Sequence record: JN882298
Direction: 5' to 3' (one strand)
Origin: Escherichia phage phiKT
Length of the DNA stretch: 42,608 bases
This document shows, in pieces, positions 16,895-26,888 of the stretch. The notes below the pieces were generated by a model. That model had not been told where the DNA came from. It did no database searches and was given only the letters and a program-made list of their open reading frames with translations. A program made the translations under genes and the position numbers. Numbering within the stretch: position 1 is the stretch's first letter; each line of letters starts with the position of its first letter.

Positions 16895-18448
16895 ATGACC
16901 AACGCAGACAACGCTGTACAATCAACCGTTACAGCGCCGTCTCGCTGGACTGAACTTGACGGGCAGAGACGTAGCCTAGTGCGTCGGTGGGAGTCATATT
17001 CCATCTACACCATCCCCTACATCTGCCCTGATGAGAACTACCAGCAGGACACGGATGAAATGACCCACGACTTCCAAGCAGTGGGCGCACAAGCCGTGAA
17101 CAGTCTCGCCAACAAAATCATGTTAGCTCTGTTCGCACCCTCCAGACCATTCTTCAAACTCGACCCTGATGATGACACCAAGGAAGAGTTGATGAAGGTT
17201 GGTATCGACCCAGACGCATTGAAAGATGTGTTCTCATCCTTGGAACTTCAGAGCGCAAAGCTGCTGGATACCAAGAATTTCCGCCCGGTAATGTTCGAAA
17301 TCATCAAGTCACTCATCGTCACTGGCAATAGCCTGATGGACTTGGGTAACGAAGTGGCCTATGTCCGGGTACGTGATTTCGTAGTGAAGCGCGACTATTA
17401 CGGTCGTCCCTGCGAAATCATGATTAAGACCTGCCTCAAGTTTGAGCAGTTGACCATCGACGTTCAGGAATCCTGCAAGCAGAAGAAGCCGCATGGATAC
17501 ACCCCGGACACGAAAGTGGACGTTTACCGTTGGTACAAAGTGGATGAGACGGGTAAACGTATTAAGATGACTTACTGGATAGATGACCTCTCTCTGGAAG
17601 ATGGCAAGTATCAAGGGGATTGGAAGAGGGAAGATTGTCCCGTCCGCCCACTGACTTGGTGTCTTACTGCGAATGCCGACTACGGAACTGGTCTGGTAGA
17701 GGAATACGCTGGCGACTTCGCCGCGCTATCCACGATGTCAACCTCTTTCGTGCAGGGTAGTGTTCTCGCTTCCGAGTTCCGCTGGCTCTCCAACCCGGCT
17801 GGTATGACCCAACCGGAAGATGTCCGCGACTCAAATAACGGTGCAGTAATTCCCGGCGTCGAAGGCGACCTGTCACTCATCTCTGCTGGTCAGGGTATGG
17901 GGCAGACTCTCCAGATGATGATGAACGGTATGGACATTTACACCCGACGTATCAGTCAAGGATTCTTGATGCTGTCCGGTGTTACCCGCGATGCAGAACG
18001 TGTGACCGCCGAAGAGATTCGGATGCAGGCCAACGAACTGGAAAACTCACTGGGTGGAGCGTATAGCCGACTGGCTATCGACATGCAGCTTCCAATTGCC
18101 AACTGGCTTCTGGATATGCAAGACCTGTCCATCAAAGGCGTCAAGATGAACGTATCCATCGTGACTGGCCTCAACGCACTATCCCGTAACGGCGACCTTG
18201 ATAATCTCAACGCTGCCGTAGGCAATATCACCGCAATGTACCAGATGCCCCCGTTGGCTATGCGACTGCTCAAAATGGATGCAGTCATCTCCGACATCAT
18301 GGCAGGCCACGGCCTGTTGGCAGCCCGGTACGTCAAAACTCAAGCTGAAGTTGCTCAAGAAGAACAGCAGGCTCAACAGCAGGCTCTTGCTCAACAAGGC
18401 GCGGCAAACGTGGTAGACCAAGCCACGATGCCTCAACAACCAATGTGA
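16895..18448 (+). CDS. Portal (head-tail connector) protein
   Basis: 517 aa; position immediately upstream of scaffold and capsid; size and order as T7 gp8. Confidence 0.8.
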   Translation: MTNADNAVQSTVTAPSRWTELDGQRRSLVRRWESYSIYTIPYICPDENYQQDTDEMTHDFQAVGAQAVNSLANKIMLALFAPSRPFFKLDPDDDTKEELMKVGIDPDALKDVFSSLELQSAKLLDTKNFRPVMFEIIKSLIVTGNSLMDLGNEVAYVRVRDFVVKRDYYGRPCEIMIKTCLKFEQLTIDVQESCKQKKPHGYTPDTKVDVYRWYKVDETGKRIKMTYWIDDLSLEDGKYQGDWKREDCPVRPLTWCLTANADYGTGLVEEYAGDFAALSTMSTSFVQGSVLASEFRWLSNPAGMTQPEDVRDSNNGAVIPGVEGDLSLISAGQGMGQTLQMMMNGMDIYTRRISQGFLMLSGVTRDAERVTAEEIRMQANELENSLGGAYSRLAIDMQLPIANWLLDMQDLSIKGVKMNVSIVTGLNALSRNGDLDNLNAAVGNITAMYQMPPLAMRLLKMDAVISDIMAGHGLLAARYVKTQAEVAQEEQQAQQQALAQQGAANVVDQATMPQQPM

Positions 18449-18457
18449 GGGTAATTC

Positions 18458-19378
18458 ATGACCGTATCAACTCCGTCAACTCCGGTACAACAAGCAGCAG
18501 CCCCGGCGGCTGCTCCGGCACCACAAGCTCCGGCACAGAGCGGCATCCCGTATGTTCCGCCTGCCCCTGTAGCTCCGGCTGCTCCGGTGGAAGCACCGCA
18601 AGCAACGCTTGACCCGAATCAATTCGCTAACCCGTCTCAGGCAGGCACCCCCGCCGCCCCGGTACAGCAGCCAGCACCGCAGTCTCAACCGCAGGCTCCC
18701 GTAGAGCCGCCAGCACAGCAGACGCCATCGCAGGCAGAATTAACGCTGACAGAGAAACCGTTGTACAAGCACGAGCCTACTGGCAACGCTGCTTATGATA
18801 TGGCTATGAATGCCTTCGCAGCCAAGGGATTCTCCCCGGACCACCCTGCATTCGTCCCGGCATCAAAAGGCGACTTCTCCGCACTGGAGGCGTTCGTCAA
18901 GGAGCAGGGCATAGACCCACAATATCTGGCCTTGGCCCAACAGGCTTACGTCCAGATTTCTGAGCACCACAACGCCACTCATGGCGAGACTATCAAGAAA
19001 GCACTGGAAGTCGCTGGTGGTCAGGAACGCTGGAACAAGGTGCAGGAATGGGTTCAGAACGTAGCCAGCCCGGAAGAGATTACTTACTACAAACAGCAAC
19101 TGGAAGCTGGCGGTATCGCAACCCTGAAAGCGGTTGAATATCTGTCCGGCCTGTACGGCCAGCACGCAGAGAACGCTCCGGCACAGCCTAGCGAATCGCC
19201 TGCTACCCCGTTCAATACCAATTCGTCACCTACAATAGCAACTAACGGTGCCCCGATTTCCCCGCAAGAATTTCGGGCAGAACTGTCTCGTCTCATTGAC
19301 AAGGTAGGGTACTCCGGTCTGGAAACCTCACCGGAATACAAAGCGTTGCAACAACGTCGTCAGGCGTGGCGCGGGTAA
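18458..19378 (+). CDS. Capsid scaffolding protein
   Basis: Between portal and major capsid; Pro/Ala/Gln-rich N-terminal third. Confidence 0.65.
   Translation: MTVSTPSTPVQQAAAPAAAPAPQAPAQSGIPYVPPAPVAPAAPVEAPQATLDPNQFANPSQAGTPAAPVQQPAPQSQPQAPVEPPAQQTPSQAELTLTEKPLYKHEPTGNAAYDMAMNAFAAKGFSPDHPAFVPASKGDFSALEAFVKEQGIDPQYLALAQQAYVQISEHHNATHGETIKKALEVAGGQERWNKVQEWVQNVASPEEITYYKQQLEAGGIATLKAVEYLSGLYGQHAENAPAQPSESPATPFNTNSSPTIATNGAPISPQEFRAELSRLIDKVGYSGLETSPEYKALQQRRQAWRG
19222..19240. repeat. Exact 19-nt sequence ttcgtcacctacaatagca, copy 2 (inside scaffolding gene)
   Basis: Matches 14402..14420 exactly. Confidence 0.7.
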
Positions 19379-19427
19379 CATACATCCCTCCCGTCCTGCC
19401 GTAATCTTTGCTTAGAAGGAAACATAA

Positions 19428-20411
19428 ATGGCCTTACCAACTTGGACTCCTACCCGTCCTAACCAACAGAACCAAGCAGGTGATGTGAATGCTCTCATCA
19501 TCGAAGAGTTCACGGGCATCGTTGAGCACACTATTAAGCGTAAGCAGGTGCTGGCCCCGTTTATCCCGATGCGTACCATTCGTGGTACTAACACCCTGAC
19601 CAACTATGCGGTCGGCAACACCACTCTCGGCACTGTAACCACTGGTACTGAACCAGCGGAAACTTCTGGCCCGGATGTCTCCCGCAACTTCTTGGTTGTG
19701 GATACTCACGTCTATGCACGTAACTCCATCGGTCTTCTGGAAACCTTCCAGAGCACCATCGACATCCGTCGTGAGATTGCAATTGAGCATGGCGAAACCA
19801 TGTCCAAGTTTACTGACCAAGCCTTCTTCATTCAGGCGGTCAAAGCGGCTCGTGCTGTTCAGAGTTCTTACTCTGGTGGTACTGCTAGTAAACCGGGTGG
19901 CTTCGGCGTGGGTAACGTCCAGACTCTGGCTGCGGCTGGTGACGAACTGGATGGCACCAAGCTGTACAAAGCAATCAGCAACCTGTTCGTGAAGATGGAA
20001 CAGCAGGACGTGCAGCCGAATATGGATGGCATGGTTCTGGCTCTGGTTCCGTCTGCGTTCTACGCGCTGCTGGATGCTGAGCAAATCATCAACGGTAACT
20101 ATGTTACTGCTGACGGCACCAGCGTATCTGGTATGGTCTTCAAAGCGTTCGGTGTGCCTGTTGTTAAATCCAACAACATCCCGACCACCAACATCACATC
20201 ACATCCTCTGGGTGCGAACTACACTGGCGACTTCACCAAAGTCGTAGGCGTGGTTCTGTCTCCGAAGGCTCTGATGGCTGGTGAGACTATCCCGCTCCAG
20301 AGCGACCTGTTCTACGACAAGCTGCGTAAGACTTGGTACGTGGACTCCGAGCGTGCATTCGGTGTAGCACCGAACCGCAACGAATACGCTGGCGTTATTC
20401 AGAAAGCGTAA
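19428..20411 (+). CDS. Major capsid protein
   Basis: 327 aa; high-expression codon usage; followed by a strong terminator, as for T7 gene 10. Confidence 0.85.
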   Translation: MALPTWTPTRPNQQNQAGDVNALIIEEFTGIVEHTIKRKQVLAPFIPMRTIRGTNTLTNYAVGNTTLGTVTTGTEPAETSGPDVSRNFLVVDTHVYARNSIGLLETFQSTIDIRREIAIEHGETMSKFTDQAFFIQAVKAARAVQSSYSGGTASKPGGFGVGNVQTLAAAGDELDGTKLYKAISNLFVKMEQQDVQPNMDGMVLALVPSAFYALLDAEQIINGNYVTADGTSVSGMVFKAFGVPVVKSNNIPTTNITSHPLGANYTGDFTKVVGVVLSPKALMAGETIPLQSDLFYDKLRKTWYVDSERAFGVAPNRNEYAGVIQKA

Positions 20412-20418
20412 TACAACT

Positions 20419-20446
20419 AGCCCTCACTTCGGTGGGGGCTATTTTT
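20419..20446 (+). terminator. Rho-independent terminator after the major capsid gene (T-phi-like)
   Basis: 9-bp stem agccctcac/gtgggggct with ttcg tetraloop followed by attttt. Confidence 0.75.
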
Positions 20447-20471
20447 CCTAAAGTATTCAGAGGAACTTTTC

Positions 20472-21086
20472 ATGGGTAATATCACGAAGTTGACTGTGGT
20501 CAACGAATGCCTGAAGACTATGGGAGAGGTTCCTCTGAATACCTTGGTTAACGAGGACCACCCGTACATTGCAGCGGCATTATCCACGCTTGATTTGGCC
20601 CTTATCCGAGAACTCTCCTTGCCGTGGTGGTTCAATACCGAGTATTGTACCCTGCACCCGGATAGCGTCACGAAGAAGATTGTCCTTCCCCAGAACTGTC
20701 TGGACATTGACCCGCGTTCCGGTACTGGGTATCTGGTAGCCCGTGGCCGATACCTATTTGACCGCATGAGGCAGAGCTATGAGTTCGATAAGCCGGAGGA
20801 AGTCCGGTATACATCGTTCATTGAGTTCGATGACCTGCCGATGCTGTTCAAGATGTACGTGATGTATTCTGCGGTACTGGACTTCTGTTCCAGCTTTGAT
20901 GCAGATGCACAACGCGTACAGGAAGTGAACATGAAATATGCAGCTTCCCGTGTAACCGTGAAGTCGGCAGACACCCGCAACAAGGACATCAACATGTTCC
21001 AGCAGGTGAGCACTTCTACCAAACTTAACCGTATTGCTTGGCCGGGTACAACCGCTGTCCGAGCACGTAACGCAATGAGACGATAA
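20472..21086 (+). CDS. Tail tubular protein A
   Basis: 204 aa; position and size as T7 gp11. Confidence 0.7.
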   Translation: MGNITKLTVVNECLKTMGEVPLNTLVNEDHPYIAAALSTLDLALIRELSLPWWFNTEYCTLHPDSVTKKIVLPQNCLDIDPRSGTGYLVARGRYLFDRMRQSYEFDKPEEVRYTSFIEFDDLPMLFKMYVMYSAVLDFCSSFDADAQRVQEVNMKYAASRVTVKSADTRNKDINMFQQVSTSTKLNRIAWPGTTAVRARNAMRR

Positions 21087-21089
21087 TCT

Positions 21090-23720
21090 ATGGCGCGTGT
21101 TGAAGGTTCTTACGAATCAGTAGTTCGGGGCGTCTCTCAGCAGGTGCCACACCAACGTTTCTCCGGTCAGCACACTGACCAAAAAAACTTACTTAGTGAC
21201 CCGGTAGAGGGTCTGGTACGGCGTAGAGGTACTCGTCGCATATCAGAGCATCTTGTTACCCCGTCACTGACTGCCTCCGCTATTGCAGAGATTCAAAAAT
21301 ATCGTACACACAAGTGGAACCCCGGTTCCGCTGGCGAACCACTACAGGTTGCATATAAGGCCAAGCCCGGTGTTATAGGGGATGGCCGTCTGCTGTACAT
21401 CATCAATCAGGTTACTCGGAACCGGGTTAACACTGCTGGTATAGATGCCGAGACTGATACGGTGTATCAGAAAGCACTCGCTAATGGTCTGTCCGCCATA
21501 ACCTCTGTGGGTCGTTACCTGTTCATGGCGGTAAACAATCATGTGGGCAGCGTGGCTGCGTCTCAGGATTACTTAGCAACAACCAACCGCAATAAGGTTG
21601 TAGCATGGGTCCGTGGTGGGGCATATGCCCGTACATATACTGTGACCTTATTGCTGGATGCTGGTGGTCAGTTGAAGTTCAGCTATACCACAATGTCCTC
21701 GTCGTACCCGACAGTGATTAACACCGCTGCGGCTGGTAATACCACCGACACGGATTATCAGAATAAGCTGTCCAAGATAGTCGCCGATTACAACTCGGCC
21801 ACTACCAAGTGGATTTCGGACGCAGCCAAGGACATCGACGCGGAGAATATTGCCAACCGCTTATTGAACGGTCCAGCCACATCCGGTAATACTGGTACTG
21901 GTACTGGTCTTATTGCAGCCAACGCTGCTGCCACGGGAATCAATAAAGTAACCAACCTGACGTATGCGCTGGTTAGCTCCACGCTGTATATTCAGGGCGA
22001 CAACATTCGTGAGATAGTTGTTGACGATGGTGGCGACACGACACTGATTCGTGGCGTTGGTAACGAGGTAACTAGCGCAGACTTGGTATCCACCCGACAC
22101 TTCTATGACAAGATTGTGAAGGTGCGTGCTAAGAAGTCCGACGACTCTGACGCATACTACCTGAAGGCAGAATCAAAGAACGACTCCAATGACCCCGGTG
22201 TAACTGACCGTGGGGAAGTGGTCTGGAAAGAGTGTGCTGGATATACTCAGACGTTGACCAACCATTTCCTGTTCGGCTACTACCACACTGATGGGGTCGT
22301 GTATGTTTCAAGCTCTCTTTCTAAGCTGTCTACTACGCTTTCAATCACTACCCCGGTTCTCCAACCGAACCTTGCTGGGGATGATTTCACCAACCCACCG
22401 CCTAACTTCGGCACCAAGCAAATCACCTATTTGGGTATGTTCCAAGACCGTCTTGTCGTGGGTAGCGGGGCAGTTGCTTCGTTCTCGCGGCCCGGAGATT
22501 ACCTTAATTTCTTTAGACAATCGGTGCTCACGCTTACTGACACTGACCCAATCGACATGTTCGCACTCGGAGCGGAGGATGATGTTCTCCGACACTCGGC
22601 GCTGTTCGATAAGTCGTTATTCATCTTTGGCGACAAGCGACAATACGTAGTCAACGGGCGTACCGTCCTGACTCCTACCAACCAGAACATGACCGTGGTA
22701 TCGCAATTCCCGAACACTACCGGGGCGCAGCCACAGGGTTCCGGCAACTTCATCTTCTATACGAAGCCCGGTGACACGAGTTCTCCAGTTATTACTCTCA
22801 ACCAGATGCAGTACGGGCAGATTGCAGACTCCACGGAGTCCTACGACCTGTCTCAACAATTGACTGACTTCTGTGCTGGGGTATGTGCTGAAATCGTTCC
22901 TGTGACCTCTCCAGCGGCTGTGCTAGTTCGTCCAGAGACATCGCAGAACTTGTACGTGTTCCGATACACCGATGAGGTGGGTACTGGTCGTCGTATGCAG
23001 GCTGCGTGGGACCGCTGGGAGTTCGACCCGGCATTCGGGACAATCATCTCTATGGCGACCTACGGCGATGAGATTCTGGCTATGGTTATGCGTAGGGCCG
23101 AGGATGGTTCGACGTACCTGTGCGTTGAGCAGTTATCGTTACGACCTGCAAAAAGCAACGAACCATATTTCGACTCATATCAGGTGGCCACTGGTGTAGG
23201 TTCCGGGATTACCGTATCCTCTCCGTACCTGTTAGCAAGTCCGAACTTACTTAATCGCTGTTATGTTGCGGTTGTTGGTGGTAGCCATGCTTTGACCGGG
23301 ACCACGTATGAGGATCGTGCAGAACTGACAGCCTCTCAAATTGCCGATGGGACTTTGGCGGCAGGTATCCCGTTCGAATCTTCCTGCATCCCAACCAACC
23401 CTTATCAACGTGACCAGAATGGGAACGCTATTCTACAGGGTAGGCTGGTGCTGTCTCAGGTTCAAATATCCATGCAGGATACTGGGGCTATGGACGTATA
23501 CGTGGCTGACGCTAACCGTGAGTGGTTATCGAAACACTTCAACGGGTTCCGCCTGTCCCGTACCGCATCTATGGTTGGTAGTCAACCTGTCGTGGACACC
23601 TCTATAACAGCATTGATTGGCCGAGAGGTCCGTGAATGCCGTTATCGCATTCAATCCGTTAAATTCCTGCCCATGGTGGTAACAGCCATCTCGTGGCAGG
23701 GTCAATCATTTAGGAGATAA
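21090..23720 (+). CDS. Tail tubular protein B
   Basis: 876 aa; position and size as T7 gp12. Confidence 0.75.
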   Translation: MARVEGSYESVVRGVSQQVPHQRFSGQHTDQKNLLSDPVEGLVRRRGTRRISEHLVTPSLTASAIAEIQKYRTHKWNPGSAGEPLQVAYKAKPGVIGDGRLLYIINQVTRNRVNTAGIDAETDTVYQKALANGLSAITSVGRYLFMAVNNHVGSVAASQDYLATTNRNKVVAWVRGGAYARTYTVTLLLDAGGQLKFSYTTMSSSYPTVINTAAAGNTTDTDYQNKLSKIVADYNSATTKWISDAAKDIDAENIANRLLNGPATSGNTGTGTGLIAANAAATGINKVTNLTYALVSSTLYIQGDNIREIVVDDGGDTTLIRGVGNEVTSADLVSTRHFYDKIVKVRAKKSDDSDAYYLKAESKNDSNDPGVTDRGEVVWKECAGYTQTLTNHFLFGYYHTDGVVYVSSSLSKLSTTLSITTPVLQPNLAGDDFTNPPPNFGTKQITYLGMFQDRLVVGSGAVASFSRPGDYLNFFRQSVLTLTDTDPIDMFALGAEDDVLRHSALFDKSLFIFGDKRQYVVNGRTVLTPTNQNMTVVSQFPNTTGAQPQGSGNFIFYTKPGDTSSPVITLNQMQYGQIADSTESYDLSQQLTDFCAGVCAEIVPVTSPAAVLVRPETSQNLYVFRYTDEVGTGRRMQAAWDRWEFDPAFGTIISMATYGDEILAMVMRRAEDGSTYLCVEQLSLRPAKSNEPYFDSYQVATGVGSGITVSSPYLLASPNLLNRCYVAVVGGSHALTGTTYEDRAELTASQIADGTLAAGIPFESSCIPTNPYQRDQNGNAILQGRLVLSQVQISMQDTGAMDVYVADANREWLSKHFNGFRLSRTASMVGSQPVVDTSITALIGREVRECRYRIQSVKFLPMVVTAISWQGQSFRR

Positions 23721-23722
23721 CT

Positions 23723-24550
23723 ATGGGGTCTTCTGGTGGCGGTGCCTTGGGCGGTGCTGCTGGCGGTGCTGCTGCCGGGTTCTCTGTAGGGGGTCCGGCT
23801 GGCGCTTGGGTTGGCGGCGCTCTCGGCCTTGTCTCTGGCCTGTTCTCCGGTAACAAAGAGAAAGCTCAGGCCCGGATAGCGAACGCACAGCAACAAGCTC
23901 AGTACATCGTTCAGAACGCACAGGCTCAGGCTCAGACAATGCTGAGTCAGAACTCTGCGGCTGCTCAAAACTTGGTGGCATCGGGCAATAACTTTCTGGC
24001 AGCAGCCAATGAAAGCGTTGCCCTGTACACCCAATCTCTAAACAACCAGCGGTCATATAAGGCTACTGGAGAAGCATACAATGCCCTTCAGGAGTCTATT
24101 GGTCGTTACAGTGACGATTACCTTCGTGGCACATTCCAACAGCGCCTACAGGCTTCTGAGATGTTGGGACGCACAACGGCAGAGTTCGCTGCTGCCGGGG
24201 TTGGTGGTTCCACATCGCAACTCGTTAACCGGACCATGCGTCTTCAGGCTGGTGTGGCAGAAGAAGAGATGCGTATCGGTAATCGCTCGGCTATGTGGGA
24301 CTTCGCTAAACAGCGAGGGGCGCTCACTGACCAAGCAGTCGATGGTGTGCAGATGCTCGTCCAGCGTGATATGACGGGTTACGACCCTTCGGCTGGGTTC
24401 TACTTCGGTAACACTACGATAGGGCCACAGGCTCCTGTCGGTACTCAGAACCTTAATAGCTGGAGCAATACACTCGGTTCCGTACTCGGTTCCGGTATGT
24501 CTGCATATAATACCGTCCAAGGTATGAGCGCATTAAGTAAACTCAAATAG
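23723..24550 (+). CDS. Internal virion protein A (Gly-rich N-terminus)
   Basis: 275 aa; first of three consecutive internal-core genes as in T7 (gp14-like position). Confidence 0.6.
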   Translation: MGSSGGGALGGAAGGAAAGFSVGGPAGAWVGGALGLVSGLFSGNKEKAQARIANAQQQAQYIVQNAQAQAQTMLSQNSAAAQNLVASGNNFLAAANESVALYTQSLNNQRSYKATGEAYNALQESIGRYSDDYLRGTFQQRLQASEMLGRTTAEFAAAGVGGSTSQLVNRTMRLQAGVAEEEMRIGNRSAMWDFAKQRGALTDQAVDGVQMLVQRDMTGYDPSAGFYFGNTTIGPQAPVGTQNLNSWSNTLGSVLGSGMSAYNTVQGMSALSKLK

Positions 24551-24559
24551 TGAGGCTAT

Positions 24560-26869
24560 ATGGCAGGGCCAGAAACTTATTCAGTGAATACGCAGCGGCA
24601 ACAGGCTGCTGTTGCGCCACAGGGTCAATCTCTGATTCGCTCTACTGGCGCTGCCACTCGTCCCGCTACCGCTGCTCAACAGGGCAGCATTTCTTATGTC
24701 GGGGCGCAAGTGGCAGAGGAATCCGCCGCGTCCCAATACTCCCGTGCACAGAGCGACAAGACGACGGACTGGCTGTTAAAGGCCGCTTCCGCCATCATCG
24801 AACCAAAGATGCAGGCTCTTCAGTCCCAACAGGTGATGAAGGGTATTCAGGAAGCGGCAGCAGGGAAGTCGATTGATGAGATTAAGGACGCACCTCCGTG
24901 GTACTCCGCAATCTTCGGCGATAGCGATTTGGTTACTGCTGCCCGTGCTTATCAGGCACAGGCTGCGGTATCTAAGTTCGTAACCCAAGTACAGCGTGAC
25001 ATTCCGACGATGAACAATATGTCGCCGGAAGAAGCGCGGAACTACATGACCACCAAGTGGCAGGAGTTCCAGACCGGGGACATGATTACGGATGCCGTAG
25101 CGAACCAACAGTTCCTTAATGCGGCACCGGGCTTGTTTGAGCAATACAACAAGCAGAACTACAAGAACTGGCAGGAAACTGCCAAGGTTGCACAGCAGCA
25201 GGCGTACAGTGCCATGTCCGCCAGCTACAACCAGAAAGCCATGAGCTATGCGACGGACGGGACCATCTCCAAAGATGATCTTCTGAAATCGCAGGTTGAG
25301 CTGATTAACGGTCTGTCCTCGGTTGATGGTCAGACTTTTGAGTCGTGGTCCAGCAACTTGGTATCCGCTGTGCAGGATGCTGTTAACAATGGCAACTTCC
25401 ATTCGGTGACGGCGATAACTTCCTCCGGCTTACTGGACAACTTACCCCCTGACCAACAGTCCGCTATAGGTTCCATGATTCGTGCTGGTGAAGCCAAATC
25501 CATTATGGATGTGAGAATCACTCCAGAATACTCATCTCAGATTGCGGACCTGCAATGGGAACTGCGTACCGGGCAACTCTCCCCGCAGGATGTATTTCAA
25601 CGCACTGCGGTAATTAACGCCTCGGCCAAGGCCAAGTACGGGTACACGATGCCTCTAATCGGACCGGATGAGGTTGAGAGTTGGATGGGGACGTCAATTG
25701 GATTGATGTCCAATGAGACTAACCAATCACGTACTCAGGCTATCTCCGACCAGAAACGTCTGGCTCAGAAGACTGCTGATGAGGCTGCGCGTCAGGATGC
25801 GGAACGCCGGGAACTAATGCTGGGTGGGACCCGCTTCTCTTCGGGTGGGCTTATTCCTCCGGGAGAATCTACCGACCCAGTTAAGAAAGCTGGTGCTGGT
25901 ATGTTCGACCGTATGGAGCAGGTTAACCCCGGTAGCGGATATACGTCCCTAGTGAACCTCTACGCCAACAATAATGGTCTGGTCATCCCTACCCTACAGG
26001 CTCGCTTTCAGAGTGGCCTACAGACTTCTGACAAGACCGAATGGACGCCGGAGTTTGATGAATCCACTACCAAGCCGTTTATGCAGATGATAGCACAACA
26101 CGGTGGTCATAATGCGGCTGTTCAGTATTTCGGTGCTGGCGGTTATAAGAAGATGACCAACTACCTTTCTGCCATGAATAATGGTGTTCCCCAGCCGCTG
26201 GCGTATCATGAAGCCTTTGTGGAACCGCAGCGTCTGGGAGATACCGCCAACCTGACTAAAGAGGAACAGAAACTCTTACGCAAAGCGCTAGGTATGGTGT
26301 GGTATAAGAGGAACGGTAGGAGCGATTCTGCCACTGCTACCATCATGCAGTCCGCCGCTGGACATTATGCTGACCTGAAGGCAAACTCTCGGTACACGGA
26401 TGACGGCGAGAGAGCAGAGACAGCACTCAATCTGGCCCTAAATGATGGCAACATTGCCTCGTATGGGCGCTGGGCGTGGGACCGGGATAAGTCTGCAAAA
26501 CCTCTGCACGAGCAGGTTGGGCTGAGCAGCGACCAGACCTACGGTGTACTGTCCACGCATCTGGAGCGTATGCCGCAGTTCAAGGGGACCAATCTGGATA
26601 ACGCCTCGTTCATTGAGCGGGTTGACTCGGATGGTAACTCCGCCCTGCTGGTATACGTCCCTACTGGAGATGGTAAGTTCCGTATTGGTAGCGTATCCGC
26701 TGCTGACATCCGGGAAACGGCTAAGAAGATTCGTGATGCAGAGCGTGAGCACCGTATTAAGGTACATATGGAACTCAACAACCCGCCTATGCGCCGGGGC
26801 ACTGGCGAAGGCTTAATTAATACTGGTGGCGGTACTGGACTATTCTCAGGCGGTACTGGACAACGTTAA
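24560..26869 (+). CDS. Internal virion protein B
   Basis: 769 aa; position as T7 gp15. Confidence 0.65.
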   Translation: MAGPETYSVNTQRQQAAVAPQGQSLIRSTGAATRPATAAQQGSISYVGAQVAEESAASQYSRAQSDKTTDWLLKAASAIIEPKMQALQSQQVMKGIQEAAAGKSIDEIKDAPPWYSAIFGDSDLVTAARAYQAQAAVSKFVTQVQRDIPTMNNMSPEEARNYMTTKWQEFQTGDMITDAVANQQFLNAAPGLFEQYNKQNYKNWQETAKVAQQQAYSAMSASYNQKAMSYATDGTISKDDLLKSQVELINGLSSVDGQTFESWSSNLVSAVQDAVNNGNFHSVTAITSSGLLDNLPPDQQSAIGSMIRAGEAKSIMDVRITPEYSSQIADLQWELRTGQLSPQDVFQRTAVINASAKAKYGYTMPLIGPDEVESWMGTSIGLMSNETNQSRTQAISDQKRLAQKTADEAARQDAERRELMLGGTRFSSGGLIPPGESTDPVKKAGAGMFDRMEQVNPGSGYTSLVNLYANNNGLVIPTLQARFQSGLQTSDKTEWTPEFDESTTKPFMQMIAQHGGHNAAVQYFGAGGYKKMTNYLSAMNNGVPQPLAYHEAFVEPQRLGDTANLTKEEQKLLRKALGMVWYKRNGRSDSATATIMQSAAGHYADLKANSRYTDDGERAETALNLALNDGNIASYGRWAWDRDKSAKPLHEQVGLSSDQTYGVLSTHLERMPQFKGTNLDNASFIERVDSDGNSALLVYVPTGDGKFRIGSVSAADIRETAKKIRDAEREHRIKVHMELNNPPMRRGTGEGLINTGGGTGLFSGGTGQR

Positions 26870-26888
26870 TAACACATAGGAACCTCCG

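Noticed and set aside
19434-20084. 216-aa minus-strand ORF inside the major capsid gene
   Set aside because: Antisense to a highly expressed + strand gene with strong codon bias; no RBS or motif.
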